A DNA stretch of 64,000 nucleotides from Octopus vulgaris. Taxonomy: Eukaryota. The stretch is from assembly GCA_951406725.2 (NCBI GenBank), contig OX597823.1, forward strand, positions 45,694,001 to 45,758,000, given 5' to 3'. The notes beneath the pieces are model-generated. The model was not told where the DNA came from, searched no databases, and saw only the letters and a list, made by a program, of their open reading frames with translations. This document shows positions 41,456-54,748 of this stretch, one piece after another (the stretch's first letter is position 1; each line of letters starts with the position of its first letter). A program made the position numbers and the translations under genes.

Positions 41456-41729
41456 ATATATATACACATACATACATATATAACAGGGTGAATATCGTTA
41501 TTTGAAACAAAGAATAAAGAGAATGCTCCATCGTAGAGATCAGGTGTCTTACTGATGTGAATATCTCTTCAAAAATGGAGAAGGACGACTATAATTAATT
41601 TTATTATTTTAATTGATTTAGTAATAGTGGAACAAGTAACTGGAAAACAAAGCATGAGTAACAAGTATTCTTTTAAAATATATAATTTGTATTTTAACTA
41701 AAAGAATAGTTGATGTAAATAGGAAGAGG

Positions 41730-42280
41730 ATCAAACACTCTGCCTTCCCTGTGTACGTGCCTACTTCTGTGACATTTCAATGAAGATTTTAGAAACTTCC
41801 AAAGTAAGATTGAAAATCTGAAGTGATGCTGCTGATAAATTTCTAATGACAGATTCAAATCTTATTCCTGGAGGAGTAATCAAATGATAATGAATAAAGT
41901 CATGTGAAATACAATTACACTCATCTGTTTGAGCGAAATCGCAGTTAATGAATTCTCATTAACTGAAACCTACATCAATTTATTTAGTCAGCTCGTGTTT
42001 GACAGCTTTGAATACACAACTTGGAAATTTGTTAATTGGTCGGTTTTAAGGCTGAAGTAATGAACATCGACTAACTTATAAGCAGATAAATATGTTCGTG
42101 ATGCAGACGAATATATAAAAGGTCTCTTGCAATACCATTGTTCTATTTCATGAAATATTCCAATGGAAATATCACATATCTCGTAATTAGTAACCCACAT
42201 TTTAAACCTGTCTGTTGTACTTTTGGCAATAGACAGGTCAAGTAAATTAAAGTATTTGCCGATAATTATTATATGATCTC
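41730..42280 (-). pseudogene. possible decayed CUB-like coding segment
   Basis: Open stretch HIIIIGKYFNLL..FKMWVTNYEICDISIGIFHEIEQWYCKRPFIYSSASRTYL..NFQVVY, then ECNCISHDFIHYHLITPPGIRF..LQIFN; by-eye resemblance only. Confidence 0.3.
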
Positions 42281-43362
42281 TTCAGTCGCCCAGGAAAGTT
42301 TAAAATGTCTTTCCTATCGAAAGTATTTATATACGTTTATTATCGGAGTGTGCTTTGATTCTTATGTGTTTGTGCATGTGAGGCTTACATATCTGTGTGA
42401 TTGTTGTATGTGCGGGTTTGTTGGCATGCACGTGGACTCGCATCAGTTTGTGAAACAGTAAAATACGAAGTCTAATCAGATGTAATCTATATTGAATACC
42501 ACAATTATGAGTTATTTGTAAATGCTATGCTGTAGATTAATTTGAAATACATTGCGATTATTACATATGAAAGATTCTAAAACTATGTAATACAATTTTG
42601 CTTATAAGAAATTAATCAGACACTTGTGTAACATTATATGAGACCGTTTTAATGCATCATCTAGGGAGCTGTTGATATAGCGTCAGCATTCATAAGTGTT
42701 ATGTTAATGGCAAGTCATGTATGATAAGTAGAAAGCTATCAATAGTTTCATTTGAAAGATACTATCCCAGTCCGAACTTCTCTTCTTCAACACGATAATT
42801 TCCTGATCACAGTGGATACCTTTTGGCAACTCCATCTGCTAAATTAGCCCAAGATAATTTCAAGAAAATATGTTACATTTTTGAAGAGACACTAGGTTGT
42901 GTTTTACCTTTATCTTCCCTACTGAATCGCTAACATTTAGTTGAAAGCGATTTTCTCACTTGTGCCTTATTTTTTGTATCCCCAGATCTACGTTTAGATG
43001 GACATAACCCACTGCTCAAAATTACACCCAAACATTCATAAATAAAAACATGGAAACTCCCGACAAAAGTTTTCTTATCTCTCTCTCTGTATATATATAT
43101 TACTCACACATGTATATATATATACTCACACATATATATAATAACTGTAATTATATATATTTTTGTTATAATAATAATATTACCTCCAATTGAAACGAAT
43201 AATCTAAACAAATTGATTGAAAAGAAATGGGTTGAACCACTCGGAACTGAACACATCATCAATGCCGACACAGCTCCGTACGCACCCAACACATCCACAT
43301 AGCCCCGCTTCAATTTCTACCAAGTTTAAAGCATAGATTTTTTTCTGTCTAGCATACATGTT

Positions 43363-43564
43363 TATCAATTTGCAAACAAACCTAAGGGCTGTTAGATTTG
43401 GGATAAAAGCGACGATACAGGATTTTGTTTTGTTTAGATTAGTCGCTTTAATTGAAGCTTATATAATTATAATAAAAAAATAATATATAATTACAGTTAT
43501 GATAAAAATACCTATGTGGTCGCTTTTCTCCGAAATTTAACAGCCCTTGTGTTTGTTTACAAAT

Positions 43565-43569
<5 letters not shown>
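43363..43569. mobile_element. MITE-like element, ~65-bp imperfect inverted ends, abutting (TA)n
   Basis: TATCAATTTGCAAACAAACCTAAGGGCTGTTAGATTTGGGATAAAAGCGAC.. vs ..GTCGCTTTTCTCCGAAATTTAACAGCCCTTGTGTTTGTTTACAAATTGATA. Confidence 0.8.
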
Positions 43570-43635
<66 letters not shown>

Positions 43636-44244
43636 CGTTTATAAAATATCATTTAAAATGTTGTAAGAAATTTGGAAAGAAAAATCTATTTATTTTTTCA
43701 ATATTATTAGCACTTTCGTTCCTTTCTCCGGCTTGTCAAATTAAATTTTGTGAATGTAAAAACACCTTGTTCATTTATATAAAACAGATGTTTTTTGGTG
43801 GGTTTGTTGAGAAGAGAACATTGTTTTTGCTTTTTGGGGTGAGGTTTCATAACAATGGTGACGGAGAGATGGAAATATAGGTAGGTAGATCGGATCATAT
43901 ATAGATAAATAGATTGAGAGATAGATAAATAGATAGACGGATAGATAGATAGTCAGACATGTAGGCAGATAGGTAAAGGGAAAGAGAGAGACTGGGATAT
44001 TACCCTTCTTATTAACCATTTATTTACTTATTTATTTATTTATTTATTTAGTCCTTTATCATTGTATTGGAATGGATTTAAGGATGTACATCACACCTAA
44101 CACTCTATACACACACACATATACATATATATATGATTATATACATACATATATACATATATAACTATATACATACACATACAGACAGACATACACATAT
44201 ATATTTATATTAAAAGTAGGGAAGGCCGGTTTATATGATTACCC

Positions 44245-44358
44245 TGGCGTATCGTCAGACCTCGAAAACCTGTTGGCATGACCTAAGAACTCTTCAAAGT
44301 ATCTTGATATTTTGAAGAGGTCTTAGGCCAACACGTTTTGGGGTCTGACGATACACCA
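44245..44358. repeat. near-perfect 114-bp palindrome/hairpin with 2-nt loop
   Basis: TGGCGTATCGTCAGACC..CCTAAGAACTCTTCAAAGTATC-TT-GATATTTTGAAGAGGTCTTAGG..GGTCTGACGATACACCA. Confidence 0.85.
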
Positions 44359-44641
44359 TAATGACGTGTGACAAAAGAATTTTGACAAAGAAACAAAAAC
44401 TGATAATAATAAAGCTGAAGTAAAGACCAAACATATAGTGCGTGTGTTTAATTGGAAAAATATGATTATCCTCAAGTATAGCAATTAAAATATCCTTTCT
44501 TAAATGCGAATTTTACGATGACGTAAGTAAACTTTCGTCGATTAGAAAATTATAACAAAATATATTCCCACTGAAGTCAAGAGTTTTGTTGAGATATTGA
44601 ATATTTATAATGTAATGAGAGACAGAGGTAGATAGATTAAG

Positions 44642-44646
<5 letters not shown>

Positions 44647-44697
<51 letters not shown>

Positions 44698-44702
44698 CTG
44701 AA

Positions 44703-44769
<67 letters not shown>
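44647..44769. repeat. (GA)n-rich microsatellite
   Basis: Directly visible. Confidence 0.95.
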
Positions 44770-46229
44770 TTAATGAAAACTATAGCAGCAATTGCGGATG
44801 CATGTCAAGGCCTGTAGCTATGAAACAGAATTTTCTTAAATGTGTTCCACCTACGGATGCGAGATTTCAATTAAGCACTTTCACAGGCATTTGAATGCTT
44901 TGATAAGGGAAGCCTTATTGAAACATAGTTTTTATTGCAATTAGGGTTTGAAATCACTGAAAGAATTTCGCTTACATTAAAATTTCATTTGACTGAGCTT
45001 CCAAACTTTACACTATGTGCTGAGATGATTCTAGACATTTTCACTTTATTTCGATTTGCAACTGTTATAAGCTACATTATTTGTGTCTGCTTTGAAACAG
45101 TAATGAGAAATATTCGTAACAAGAGCTAAGGTAGCTATATTTAGACTTCAAATTTAATTTATTATTAAGCAGTATAAACTTTAATAAGCACTGCGACGCA
45201 TATGCAGTAAAGACAAGTAGCCAAGGACAGTGGGTGTCTTTACTGATAGGTGAGTGCTTTGTGAGCGGAAGAAATGAAACTTAAACTGGTTGTCGTCGCT
45301 GATACATAACTACCTTATTCTAATAATTTATGCAACGAAATAAGTAAAACATCTCGAGGTGCTTATTTACTAGTAAACAGTATTTTCAGCTACTTTGAGT
45401 TTCAGACTGTTTCTTGAGAATAACATTAATCATTTTCATTCTTGACTATTTCAGCGAGAGGTTTATCTGGACAATACATTGGTTACAGACGTATCTCAGA
45501 ACACAGCTATTTCTATTTCTGATTTCTTAACATAATTCTTATTTATGTTACCTGGGTGATTTTCTGTTTAATAGCACAGTGGTTCTCTTTTTATTGTCTC
45601 TGTATTCAGTCACTGACTGTCTGGTTGCTTGTACACACACGCGCACGTACATACACGTACACGCACACATACACACACACATACACACATACATACACAT
45701 ATATCACTAGACATTGCTGGCAGGTGTAAACATCTTACACTCGCCCTACCTTGTCTCAACAGGTTAACGATAGTTTATTAGTTGCGTTGCTGTTTTACGC
45801 GTACGCTCATAAAATATACACAATCACGCACTTGAAATTTCTCTCACTCACATATATCTTTAACTGTAATCTCTCCCTATATTTTTAAGACGACCTGTTC
45901 ACATAATGAATGCACTGTACATGCACATGCATGTATTCCACTTATATATAGTTACAACGCAAATATACTTTCAGCAGCGCTGAAATCTTAGTAAAAAAAA
46001 AAGAACTGACTCGTCCAAAGCACTAAGATATTGATCACACAGAACATTTAGAAAAAAAAAATACTGTCAGCAATTCAGAAGTGATTCATAGACACAAAGT
46101 GGGGGGTCGGTACCACCGCTCCAATTTCACTGGTAATCTTCTATTGGTATATATTAGATTAAACACTAAACGGAACTGAACTTTCGCTGACAAATCCCCG
46201 TGATTCGAACTCAGCCATAAAAGTGATAA

Positions 46230-46245
46230 AACAACAACAACAACA

Positions 46246-46295
<50 letters not shown>

Positions 46296-46305
46296 CACTA
46301 CTACT
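46230..46305. repeat. (CAA)n-(CTA)n microsatellite
   Basis: Directly visible. Confidence 0.95.
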
Positions 46306-46761
46306 GCATTTAGTGCCGCCGCTGCTGCTACTGTTGACTGCTGCTTCCATGCAGGTAATTAAACATGAACTTCCAATACGTACTTATAAATGTACAAACA
46401 CACACGTCACTATTGTACAACACGGAAGCATAACGGTAGGTTGGATAAAATTTCTGTAATTGTTGTTATAAAGATTACACTGTTAGCTTATCTGTATAAT
46501 GTTTGTATGTACATACATACATACATACATACATACATACATACATACATACATACATACATACATACATGTATATGGATAGCAATGCGTTTCTGAGTTG
46601 TGAAGTTTTCGTGAAACAATATGCTGTTCATTGACTCATGCTTGTTTTGGTGAAGTTTACGTACAATACAATTCCTGTCTGTAGCGACAAGAATTTCGAA
46701 CAATGTTGAAGGTAATAGTGTAATATATACTTCTTTTATTATTTGCTTATAATTGTTTATT

Positions 46762-47065
46762 GTGAAGGCGCGTGGTTTAGTGATTAGGTGTATTCGGCTC
46801 ACGAACGCAATGTCGTGAGTTCGATTCTTGGCGACGTGTTGTGTCCATAAGCAAGAAACTTTATTTCACTTAGCTCCAGTCCACTCAGCCGATAAAAATG
46901 AGTAGTACCTGTATTTCAAAGGGCTGGCCTTGTCACACTGTGTGACGCTGAACCTCTCTGAGAACTACGTTAAGGGTACGTGGAGTGCTCAGTCACATGC
47001 ACGTCATTTTCGTTCCGTTGATCGAATCAACAGAAAAACCTCGTCGTCGTTACCGATGGAATGCT
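46762..47065 (+). mobile_element. SINE family 2
   Basis: Head GTGAAGGCGCGTGGTTTAGTGATTAGG, B box GAGTTCGATTC; body is the reverse complement of the 4957 and 60719 copies. Confidence 0.88.
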
Positions 47066-47379
47066 AGCTATTCTTTTATATGTTTCAGCCTTGAATCTGC
47101 GGCCTTGCTGGGGCACATTAAAAAAATATTCTTTTATGGTAATTGCATGCTATATTTCTTACCTACTTTGATTGTATTCATATAAAATGCTTTATAAAGA
47201 CACTCAACTGATTTTGTTCGATATTTCTGTAATATAACTGAGGAATAATGTTACTATACCATTTCCCAGCATTGATTAAACGGTATCGTATTTCAACTTG
47301 ACCTTTTAACTTTCAAGCTTTCTTCGTTGTGCTATTAATTTGATGGCTAGTCTATCTTTTAAAATTATATTTCACAAAG

Positions 47380-48060
47380 TTCAACTTAATAATGTATCAC
47401 AGATTGTCATCGTGTATAATGGTTCATACATGACTCTTCTTCGCAGTCACTTTCACCTCATCTGTGACATCAAATATTTGTCTTCGAAGTCTGTCCTTTA
47501 TTGGACTGGCCGAGTGGAAATCAGAGCGCACCAGAATTCGGCTTTAAGGTGGTTGCCTAATTGCTTAGTTTGTTGCCAAAGATTCGTGTGGTTGCGCATT
47601 GAATAATTTACAGATTCTTTCTTAGTCTTTTCCCCTTTAACAGCTTCCCTCAACTTTCAGAGTGTCTTAACTTGCCGTCTGCGTTCGCAGTACAACTATG
47701 TTCCAGAGAGTTAAGGTAAATGACGTCTACGTCGTTCCCCCAAACGGTCACCATAACTTTCAAGCCTCTCTTTAATTCCTAAGGACTTGGATAAAGGGTG
47801 TGATTCTAATCCATGGCCTGAAGCTTTGTTTCTGAATCATCAGAAATGAATGTTTTATTAGCTTCAAATACGATAAAGTTGATATGAGAAGGCTTCTGAC
47901 TTTTTCTTCTTCGAGTCGGATGTCAACTGCTAGTGCATCCACTTCTGTCTTCCACTATCTTCTGTAAATTATTTGTGGCCATAGTCCAACTTTGCAGCAA
48001 GATCATGGATTTAGACACATCTGTCTGCCCGACAGATGATTCGTGTCAGTTGTTGCAGTT
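47380..48060 (-). mobile_element. decayed mariner-family transposase remnant
   Basis: Minus-strand fragments SETKLQAM, KVMVTVW..VIYL..LE, KLREAVK, NAQPH, SDFH..IKDRLR..F..DEVK in correct mariner order. Confidence 0.7.
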
Positions 48061-48272
48061 GAGACATAATTGAAACTGAAATTAAATATTTGTCGCGTGG
48101 CTCGAGTTTCCTACCTCTGTGATCTTCAAGTAGGAACAGTGACGTGAAGCACGAGACGCGACACAAACCCTGTGTCAGTTTCAATTAAAGAGTCATATCC
48201 TCTACATGTTTGAAGTACTCACTTCTCATTCGTCTGACATAAAACAGTGTACATACACATACATACACACAT

Positions 48273-48317
<45 letters not shown>

Positions 48318-48500
48318 TATAGATATATATATACATACATTATATATACATGTAAATATATATATATACATTATATATACATGTAAATATATATATATAT
48401 ATATAAATATATATTATACATATATGTATATATTATCTACATATATAGATGATATTTAAGATATATATATATACCCTACACGTATGCTATATGTAATATA

Positions 48501-49531
48501 CATCATCATCATCACCATCATCATGCGGTCGTACTTATTGCACGGATCGCTGTGACTCGTTCTCTTGAGTCTGTCCGTCCGCCATTACACGTGATAAGTC
48601 TTCTCAGGTGCACTCGGAATCCTCGCAAAGTTTGATGTGGTCTACCAACGTTTGTGTAACAATGCTTCGGTTTCCAAAGAAAAACGTCACTGATGATCTC
48701 ATTCTTTGTTCTCCAGCTCTGTTCAGCGAATCTTGTTCTTCGATCTCCCATGACGTGTGATATTAGTGGTAAATTACAATAAAACAAGTTCTTTTGCTGG
48801 GTGTTGTCTCCAGGATATATCCTGAGCAACTCGAAGCATTCTTGTATAAGTTCCGTCAAATCTCTTTCCAAGACGTTTTGTTAAATCCATGTTGTATATC
48901 CATATAAAACAACTGAATGCATAACCGCCTGAAAGAAATTACGATTCAAATTTAATGGAAGCTATGATATCCAGACCGTTGATAATTTATTTAAAGCTAC
49001 CCAGGTTTCGCCGATTCACCGATGAATATCACTTGCGGACAGATCTTCCTTTGCAGTTTTAATTCCGAAATTCGTTTGAAATTTTCAATGATTTTCCAGA
49101 TTTTAATGTTGCCGCTTTGTTTGTACATCATATATTCTGTCTTGTCTGAGTTGAAAATAGAGACCAATGCCTTTATCAGCACTTTCAAAGCTGTACAAGA
49201 GAGACTCTGCATCACAAACTTCATCTGCTAGCAGCACCAAGTCATCAGCACAGTCAGCATCTGTGATGGACACAGTTGGAAAACGTTTGATTTTGGTTGG
49301 TTGAAGAGTGAATCCTTTGTCTTTAATCTCATCTAAACGGCGTGGAGAACATAATCTAGAAATATTATGAACAGGTAGAATGCAAAGGCTAGAAGACATC
49401 GGCCACTATGTCAAAGAACTCTGTGTCGCCATCTAGAGAACGAACTATAGAGTATTTCTATTCAACATAATGATAGCGTTCACACTTCCCTTTAAGAAAC
49501 CGTATGCAAGAAGTATTTCTTCCATTTTCCT
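48501..49531 (-). mobile_element. decayed RTE-clade LINE, 3' part with (TGA)n tail
   Basis: GKMEEILLAYG, DGDTEFFDIVA, DADCADDLVLL (YADD-like), WKPKH..VGRP; (CAT)n at 48501-48524 is the minus-strand tail. Confidence 0.85.
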
Positions 49532-50339
49532 TATTTTTATATGCTTATATGCGTGTTCCAATTATCCCAAGAGCTATGCTGGCAGGGCTATCTATGCTAG
49601 ACAGGAATAGGACCTGGAGTGACATTAAAATAATCACACCTGAGGAGTAAACCTCAATGGTGAAACTCCAAGAGCCACGGTTACGGAGAAGCTATGGGAA
49701 GCAGCATGACGGATGCGTTTGTTTCTGTGAAGCTGGTACCTATCAAAGGTAAAACATACAAAAGAAATCTGGGCGAAAGAACTTACAAAGTTAACGGCCA
49801 AGTACCCAGTTCGGTGAAGTAACTACTGCAACATCTATAGGTGTTGTGTTTCTAGTTGAGATATTCAGCTAACGAAAGACAAGTATGACCCTTTTTCATA
49901 TTAGACACTTAAGCCGCATCGCCCATCGTGTGGCTCAACAAGGAGTGCATCCTGTTGGGGTTGTGACTTCGGCCACAGTGTTCGAAATGTCAGTGAAGAA
50001 GGCAAACTCAAAACCTAAACTTTTGAAATGTAAAAAAGTGTTTCCTCATTTCCACCTCCAACGTCCGAACAATAAACCCCATAAATCAGTTACCAGAATT
50101 TGCTGCATCTGTTGTTAAACAAAAGATATGTAATATAATCTATACGATATATATATATACTATCTATCTATCTATATATCTATCTATCTATCTATCTATC
50201 TATCTCTCTGTCTTTATTTAATGCTTATGATATATGTAATATGTTTAATATATATGAAATTTATCACATAGGCAAATTCTCAAAAAGACCGGTATTATTC
50301 TGCTTTCGCAAGACTTGTATTATTTACGAAAATTGACTG

Positions 50340-51028
50340 AAAGAGTGAAACGACTTTGGCCTTCTTCGCAACAGGTGAGGACAGGTGTTTTCCACTGTAT
50401 ATGGGTTGGTTCAAAGTGATGAAGTCAACACTCATCCTGGGCTAGGAAACGTTCAATGTCAGATTTTCCTTCATGTGCTCAGCCTGATGCGTCTTTGATC
50501 ATGAGTCAAAAGTCGTGGCAACCGTCAATCAGAAACCCCGATCAGGCTAAGTTCATTGTACACAATAGACTCAAGTATTCCACCAAATATTCTAACGGCT
50601 TTGGCTATATGATTTATAGGTAATCGCCTGACATCCATTACCATGTGGTGAACATGATGAATGTTTATCTTGGGTTTAGCAGTTGTCCAGACCATGAGTC
50701 ATCTTCAAGACCCTCCCTTCTCCTCTTAAGTTCATCTTCCCATTTATGCACTGTTGATAACGTAACCATGTCAGCATGAATATCATTTGGGGCTAAACCG
50801 TTTTTCTGCAGGTATCTGATAACACCACGATGCCAAATTTTCTCCATTTTTCAAGAGAAGTCGTTATCAGTTACTTTTGGAATCTTCTTTGAACAGTCAG
50901 ATGTCTGTTTAACTCGAAAGAAACAATGTAGTAATTTATAAGTAGAGTTGAAAATAATGCATGTAAAATTTCACAGCTCTAGTATCACTCCTTCAAAGCC
51001 AGCTTATAAGCTCTTCAGCCCACCTTCG
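50340..51028 (-). mobile_element. mariner transposon 5' part (TIR + decayed transposase N-terminus)
   Basis: TA-CGAAGGTGGGCTGAAGAG terminus; MEKIWHRGVIRYLQKNGLAPNDIH..STVHKW..LKR.REGLEDD (HTH); later QDE..HHFEP..QWK..SSP..KKAKV. Confidence 0.85.
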
Positions 51029-51419
51029 TATATTAAAAGGGTCTGGACCCCGTAAAAGGCAACCAAATGTCCCATTTTCACCACATGGAATTTAACCAGA
51101 CACATGCAGACACACATATATTATATAGTATATAAAATATGTGTACGTGTCCACACGCGTGCACACGCACACTTATTTCTTTGTGTATATGAGCGTATGT
51201 ATTTGGGTTCAAGGTTTTGTGTAATAATTTACTTGAATCAAAATTGCTTACTGGATGTTAAAGATTTCTTTAAATATTTCATTTATTAATGGTGTCTATT
51301 TAACCATCTCTGGTCGATTATTCATTGAATAGTAAAAGCACGGTGTATTAATCAATATTAACTAATTTTCTAATCTTCTTCTTCTTAGTAATAATATCTT
51401 ATTTTATTTATATTTGTGA

Positions 51420-51493
<74 letters not shown>

Positions 51494-53111
51494 CCATATA
51501 TATATATTTGTATATAATTATATATAGGGTTTTACATATATCACACATACAAACACATGCACATGATAGTACAGACACACGCACATAGACACACACGCAT
51601 GAGCGCGCACGCACACACACACACAGACTCTACACACACAGTAGCACATCTATTTTTTCTGTGTGTTTAAAAACAAAGCGTTTAATAGAGAGTAATCGAA
51701 ATGAAGGACATACTATTGAAGCAGGTGTCGTATTTTAACAGTCCATTGATAAGAAAAAAATCTGTTCTAGATGATAAATAATTCATAAACTGGCTTGACC
51801 ATGAACAAATTTATGTGGAAAAGTGCTGAGCTAAATGAAGCAGTAGATCCGAATAACAAAACAGATACATTGAACCAATGCAACGATTGAACGTAACCGA
51901 TTATGATAATGATGTCTTATTTATAGAAAAAAAAATCTTCAATATTAGAGTGAGTATAAATGAATGGAAGTTTATCTAAATGAATTAATGATTATAGATT
52001 TCTATCGACACAGAGTGTAAGCCAATAAGTAATTAACATAGTTGTCCTTTTGAATATCAATATAGGACACTGATATGTTCATGCCCTTTCTCGTATTTTT
52101 GACTCCTATTTATGCACTAATATCTACACCATTCATCTAATGTGTATAAGAACTACTCTAAATTATATACGTTCTACTACACTGTATTAGTCACTTCATG
52201 TGTAACTAGTGCTAAGCAACTGTATATAGTTGTTATATACACGTTAGCTTTAATAACTCCACGCTCTGACGAAGAAAGTATCAGACTAACTTTCTCTTTG
52301 ATTGGTCTTATGCCACTGCTGGGAAAGCTTTCATGTTATTGATTTTATAATTTTATAAAGAGTAGGAATGAGAAATTGTCTTGTGATACATATCCAATCT
52401 TATTAAGAACAAACGCGAATTCATACAGATCAATCTGCCGATAGAAACCTATTCCTTGACTAAGTTTGTTTAGAAATATTCGGATACACGGTTCATCTAG
52501 AAATGGTTATATAATATAAGCTCTAATATAATATAGAGAAAAGTGAACAAATTCGATAAAGAGGATATTTGCATTTAAAATATTCCTGTGTTTAATAGAT
52601 TATAAACACGTCTAATATTTTGATGAAAAATATCACACTTCATATTTTTGGTGAATAAGAGGAGAAAGGTATTTCCCATAAGCTTCGAAGTCCTAAATCT
52701 TGATGTCGGTATATCATTCCTGTAAGATTGTAGGGAAAACGTGTCCTAAGAGAACATCTGAGCCTTGAAGGTTAGTTTTTAGCAAAGTGTCTAATTCAAG
52801 GTTTAGTGAGAGGGAGACATAATGAGAAATGGTTGAGCTGATTATCGGGTATTTTTAAGTGAAAATATTTTGTATAAAACGCGAATGAAGATTTTGTTGG
52901 TGTCAATAATTGCTGTCATTAAAGTTTTAAATAAGGAGAGGTACTTGGGAACTGGTATATGAATGCGGTCATTAAGTTGCTGTTGGCATTTACGGCTATA
53001 GAGACACGGTGCTGACTTACAGCTTTGGGACATTGAAAGCAAGGGAAATCGGCGGATACAAATAGACCCTTTTGTTGTTGGATGAAGCACGATGTCACAT
53101 AAAGCAAAGAA

Positions 53112-53228
53112 TTAAACGAATCGTTAGAGCGTCGGATATATTGCCTTCAAGTCGACATGCTGACTACGTTATGAATTTAAATACTGCTGAGCACGACTTT
53201 ACATTGCATTTTTGGGGTCGATAAATAT
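53112..53228 (+). mobile_element. highly degenerate SINE family 3
   Basis: GAATCGTTAGAGCGTCGG, CGACTTT, TTGGGGTCGATAAAT. Confidence 0.5.
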
Positions 53229-53329
53229 AGATAAATAAAGATAGCATAATTTACGAGTCATCCATACATCAGTTTAAGTTATCAAAAACCTTAAGTTTTA
53301 TTTTTTAAAGTCTTTAGCGTACATAGATA

Positions 53330-53785
53330 CATAGATATTACTGCGCGGCGACGCACGCCAGTGGGGTATATTGTGATGGCATGACAGGCGTCAAATCTAA
53401 GGGCAAGAAAGAGATCAAATATATCTAGACAGACAACGTGATGATCAATGATGAACTGATACAGATAATTCTGGATGGCAATATTTTCATACGCTGACAG
53501 CACGATCTGTATGGCCCTTTCTTTTGAGCTGAAGTTAACGAGAGTAACGTGATGCAGATGTTTCTGAGATTCCAAAAGTTGTTCACTGTCTTTTATGTGT
53601 TGAACGATAACAAAACAACTAGTATTTGAAGAAAGCTGGAGGCCAACAGAAATAACTCATGACCTTATAGAAAGATGGATTTTTGGTAATGGAACCGAGA
53701 AGTCTATATTGCCACCGCTCAAGAGACAAGAAAAGGTCTATTGAGGTGAGCGAACTCCCGGCACCATATTTTTGATAATAACTGT
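53330..53785 (+). mobile_element. decayed Tc1/mariner remnant
   Basis: WMAI..DLYGPFF and WP...DL..MDF..EKVY-like fragments; ends ..TTTTGATAATAACTG-TA. Confidence 0.45.
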
Positions 53786-53958
53786 AGAACATTCCTTGGT
53801 CAGTAAGACAACAATTAGAAATTAAAGATTTGTATTACACAGTCGAACGAGATCTCTAGTCTTCTAGAAAGCAGTAGCTTATAAGTGTAGACTAAATTCC
53901 AGGGATAGTCATGAATTGAAGAATACACTGAATTAATCTCCAGCTTAAACAGTAGCCA

Positions 53959-54007
<49 letters not shown>

Positions 54008-54009
54008 GT

Positions 54010-54231
54010 AAAAAAAGTCAAGATAGAAAATGCTAAAATAATTTTATAAAACACATTTCACTATCGGTTTCAGTCATTGAGACTTTCTCAACTGTAAGTA
54101 TGGAAAACAATTAAATTTGGGAAAAATTAAAAGAAAAGATTTTTTAAAAGAATATTTGCATAGTGTTCAAATATAAGTGGCATTTTCTTTGTTTCTGCCT
54201 GTATCTGTCTCTCTTGTTTACTCCTGTGGGT

Positions 54232-54235
<4 letters not shown>
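54010..54235 (-). mobile_element. microsatellite-embedded insert with U3-A8 hammerhead-like motif
   Basis: Between TA runs; minus strand 54056-54098 reads cttacag TTGAGAA agtc tcaat gact GAAA ccga TA gtgaaa; shares ACTTATATTT and AAAAAATCTTTT upstream blocks with the 32760-32985 insert. Confidence 0.45.
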
Positions 54236-54300
<65 letters not shown>

Positions 54301-54309
54301 TTATATTCA

Positions 54310-54672
54310 CTCTTTTACTCTTTTACTTGTTTCAGTCATTTGACTGCGGCCATGCTGGAGCACCACCTTTTAGTACTTATTCTATCGGTCTCTTTTTGCC
54401 GAACCGCTAAGTGACGGGGACCTAAACACACCAGCATCGGTTGTCAAGCAATGCTAGGGGGACAAACACAGACACACAAACACACGCATACATATATATA
54501 TACATATATACGACAAGCTTCTTTCAGTTTCCGTCTACCAAATCCACTCACAAGGCATTGGTCGGCCCGGGGCTATAGCAGAAGACACTTGCCCTAGATG
54601 CCACGCAGTGGGACTGAACCCGCAACCGTGTGGTTGGTTAGCAAGCTACTTACCACACAGCCACTCCTGCGC
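54310..54672 (-). mobile_element. SINE family 1 inserted in (TA)n
   Basis: A box TGGCTGTGTGG and B box GGTTCAGTCCC on the minus strand; small internal deletion relative to 23371. Confidence 0.92.
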
Positions 54673-54695
54673 TATATATATATATATACAGTAAA

Positions 54696-54746
<51 letters not shown>

Positions 54747-54748
<2 letters not shown>

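Noticed and set aside
45187-45260. Pre-miRNA-like hairpin (CAGTAAAGACA/TGTCTTTACTG)
   Set aside because: Only an 11-bp and a 7-bp stem separated by a large asymmetric loop.
45725-45742. TGTAAACATCTTACACTC resembles vertebrate miR-30b/c
   Set aside because: No complementary arm nearby to form a precursor, and miR-30 is not expected in a mollusc; likely chance.
47825-47850. CTGATGA-ttca-GAAA on the minus strand
   Set aside because: No stem II or III; it lies within mariner coding remnant.
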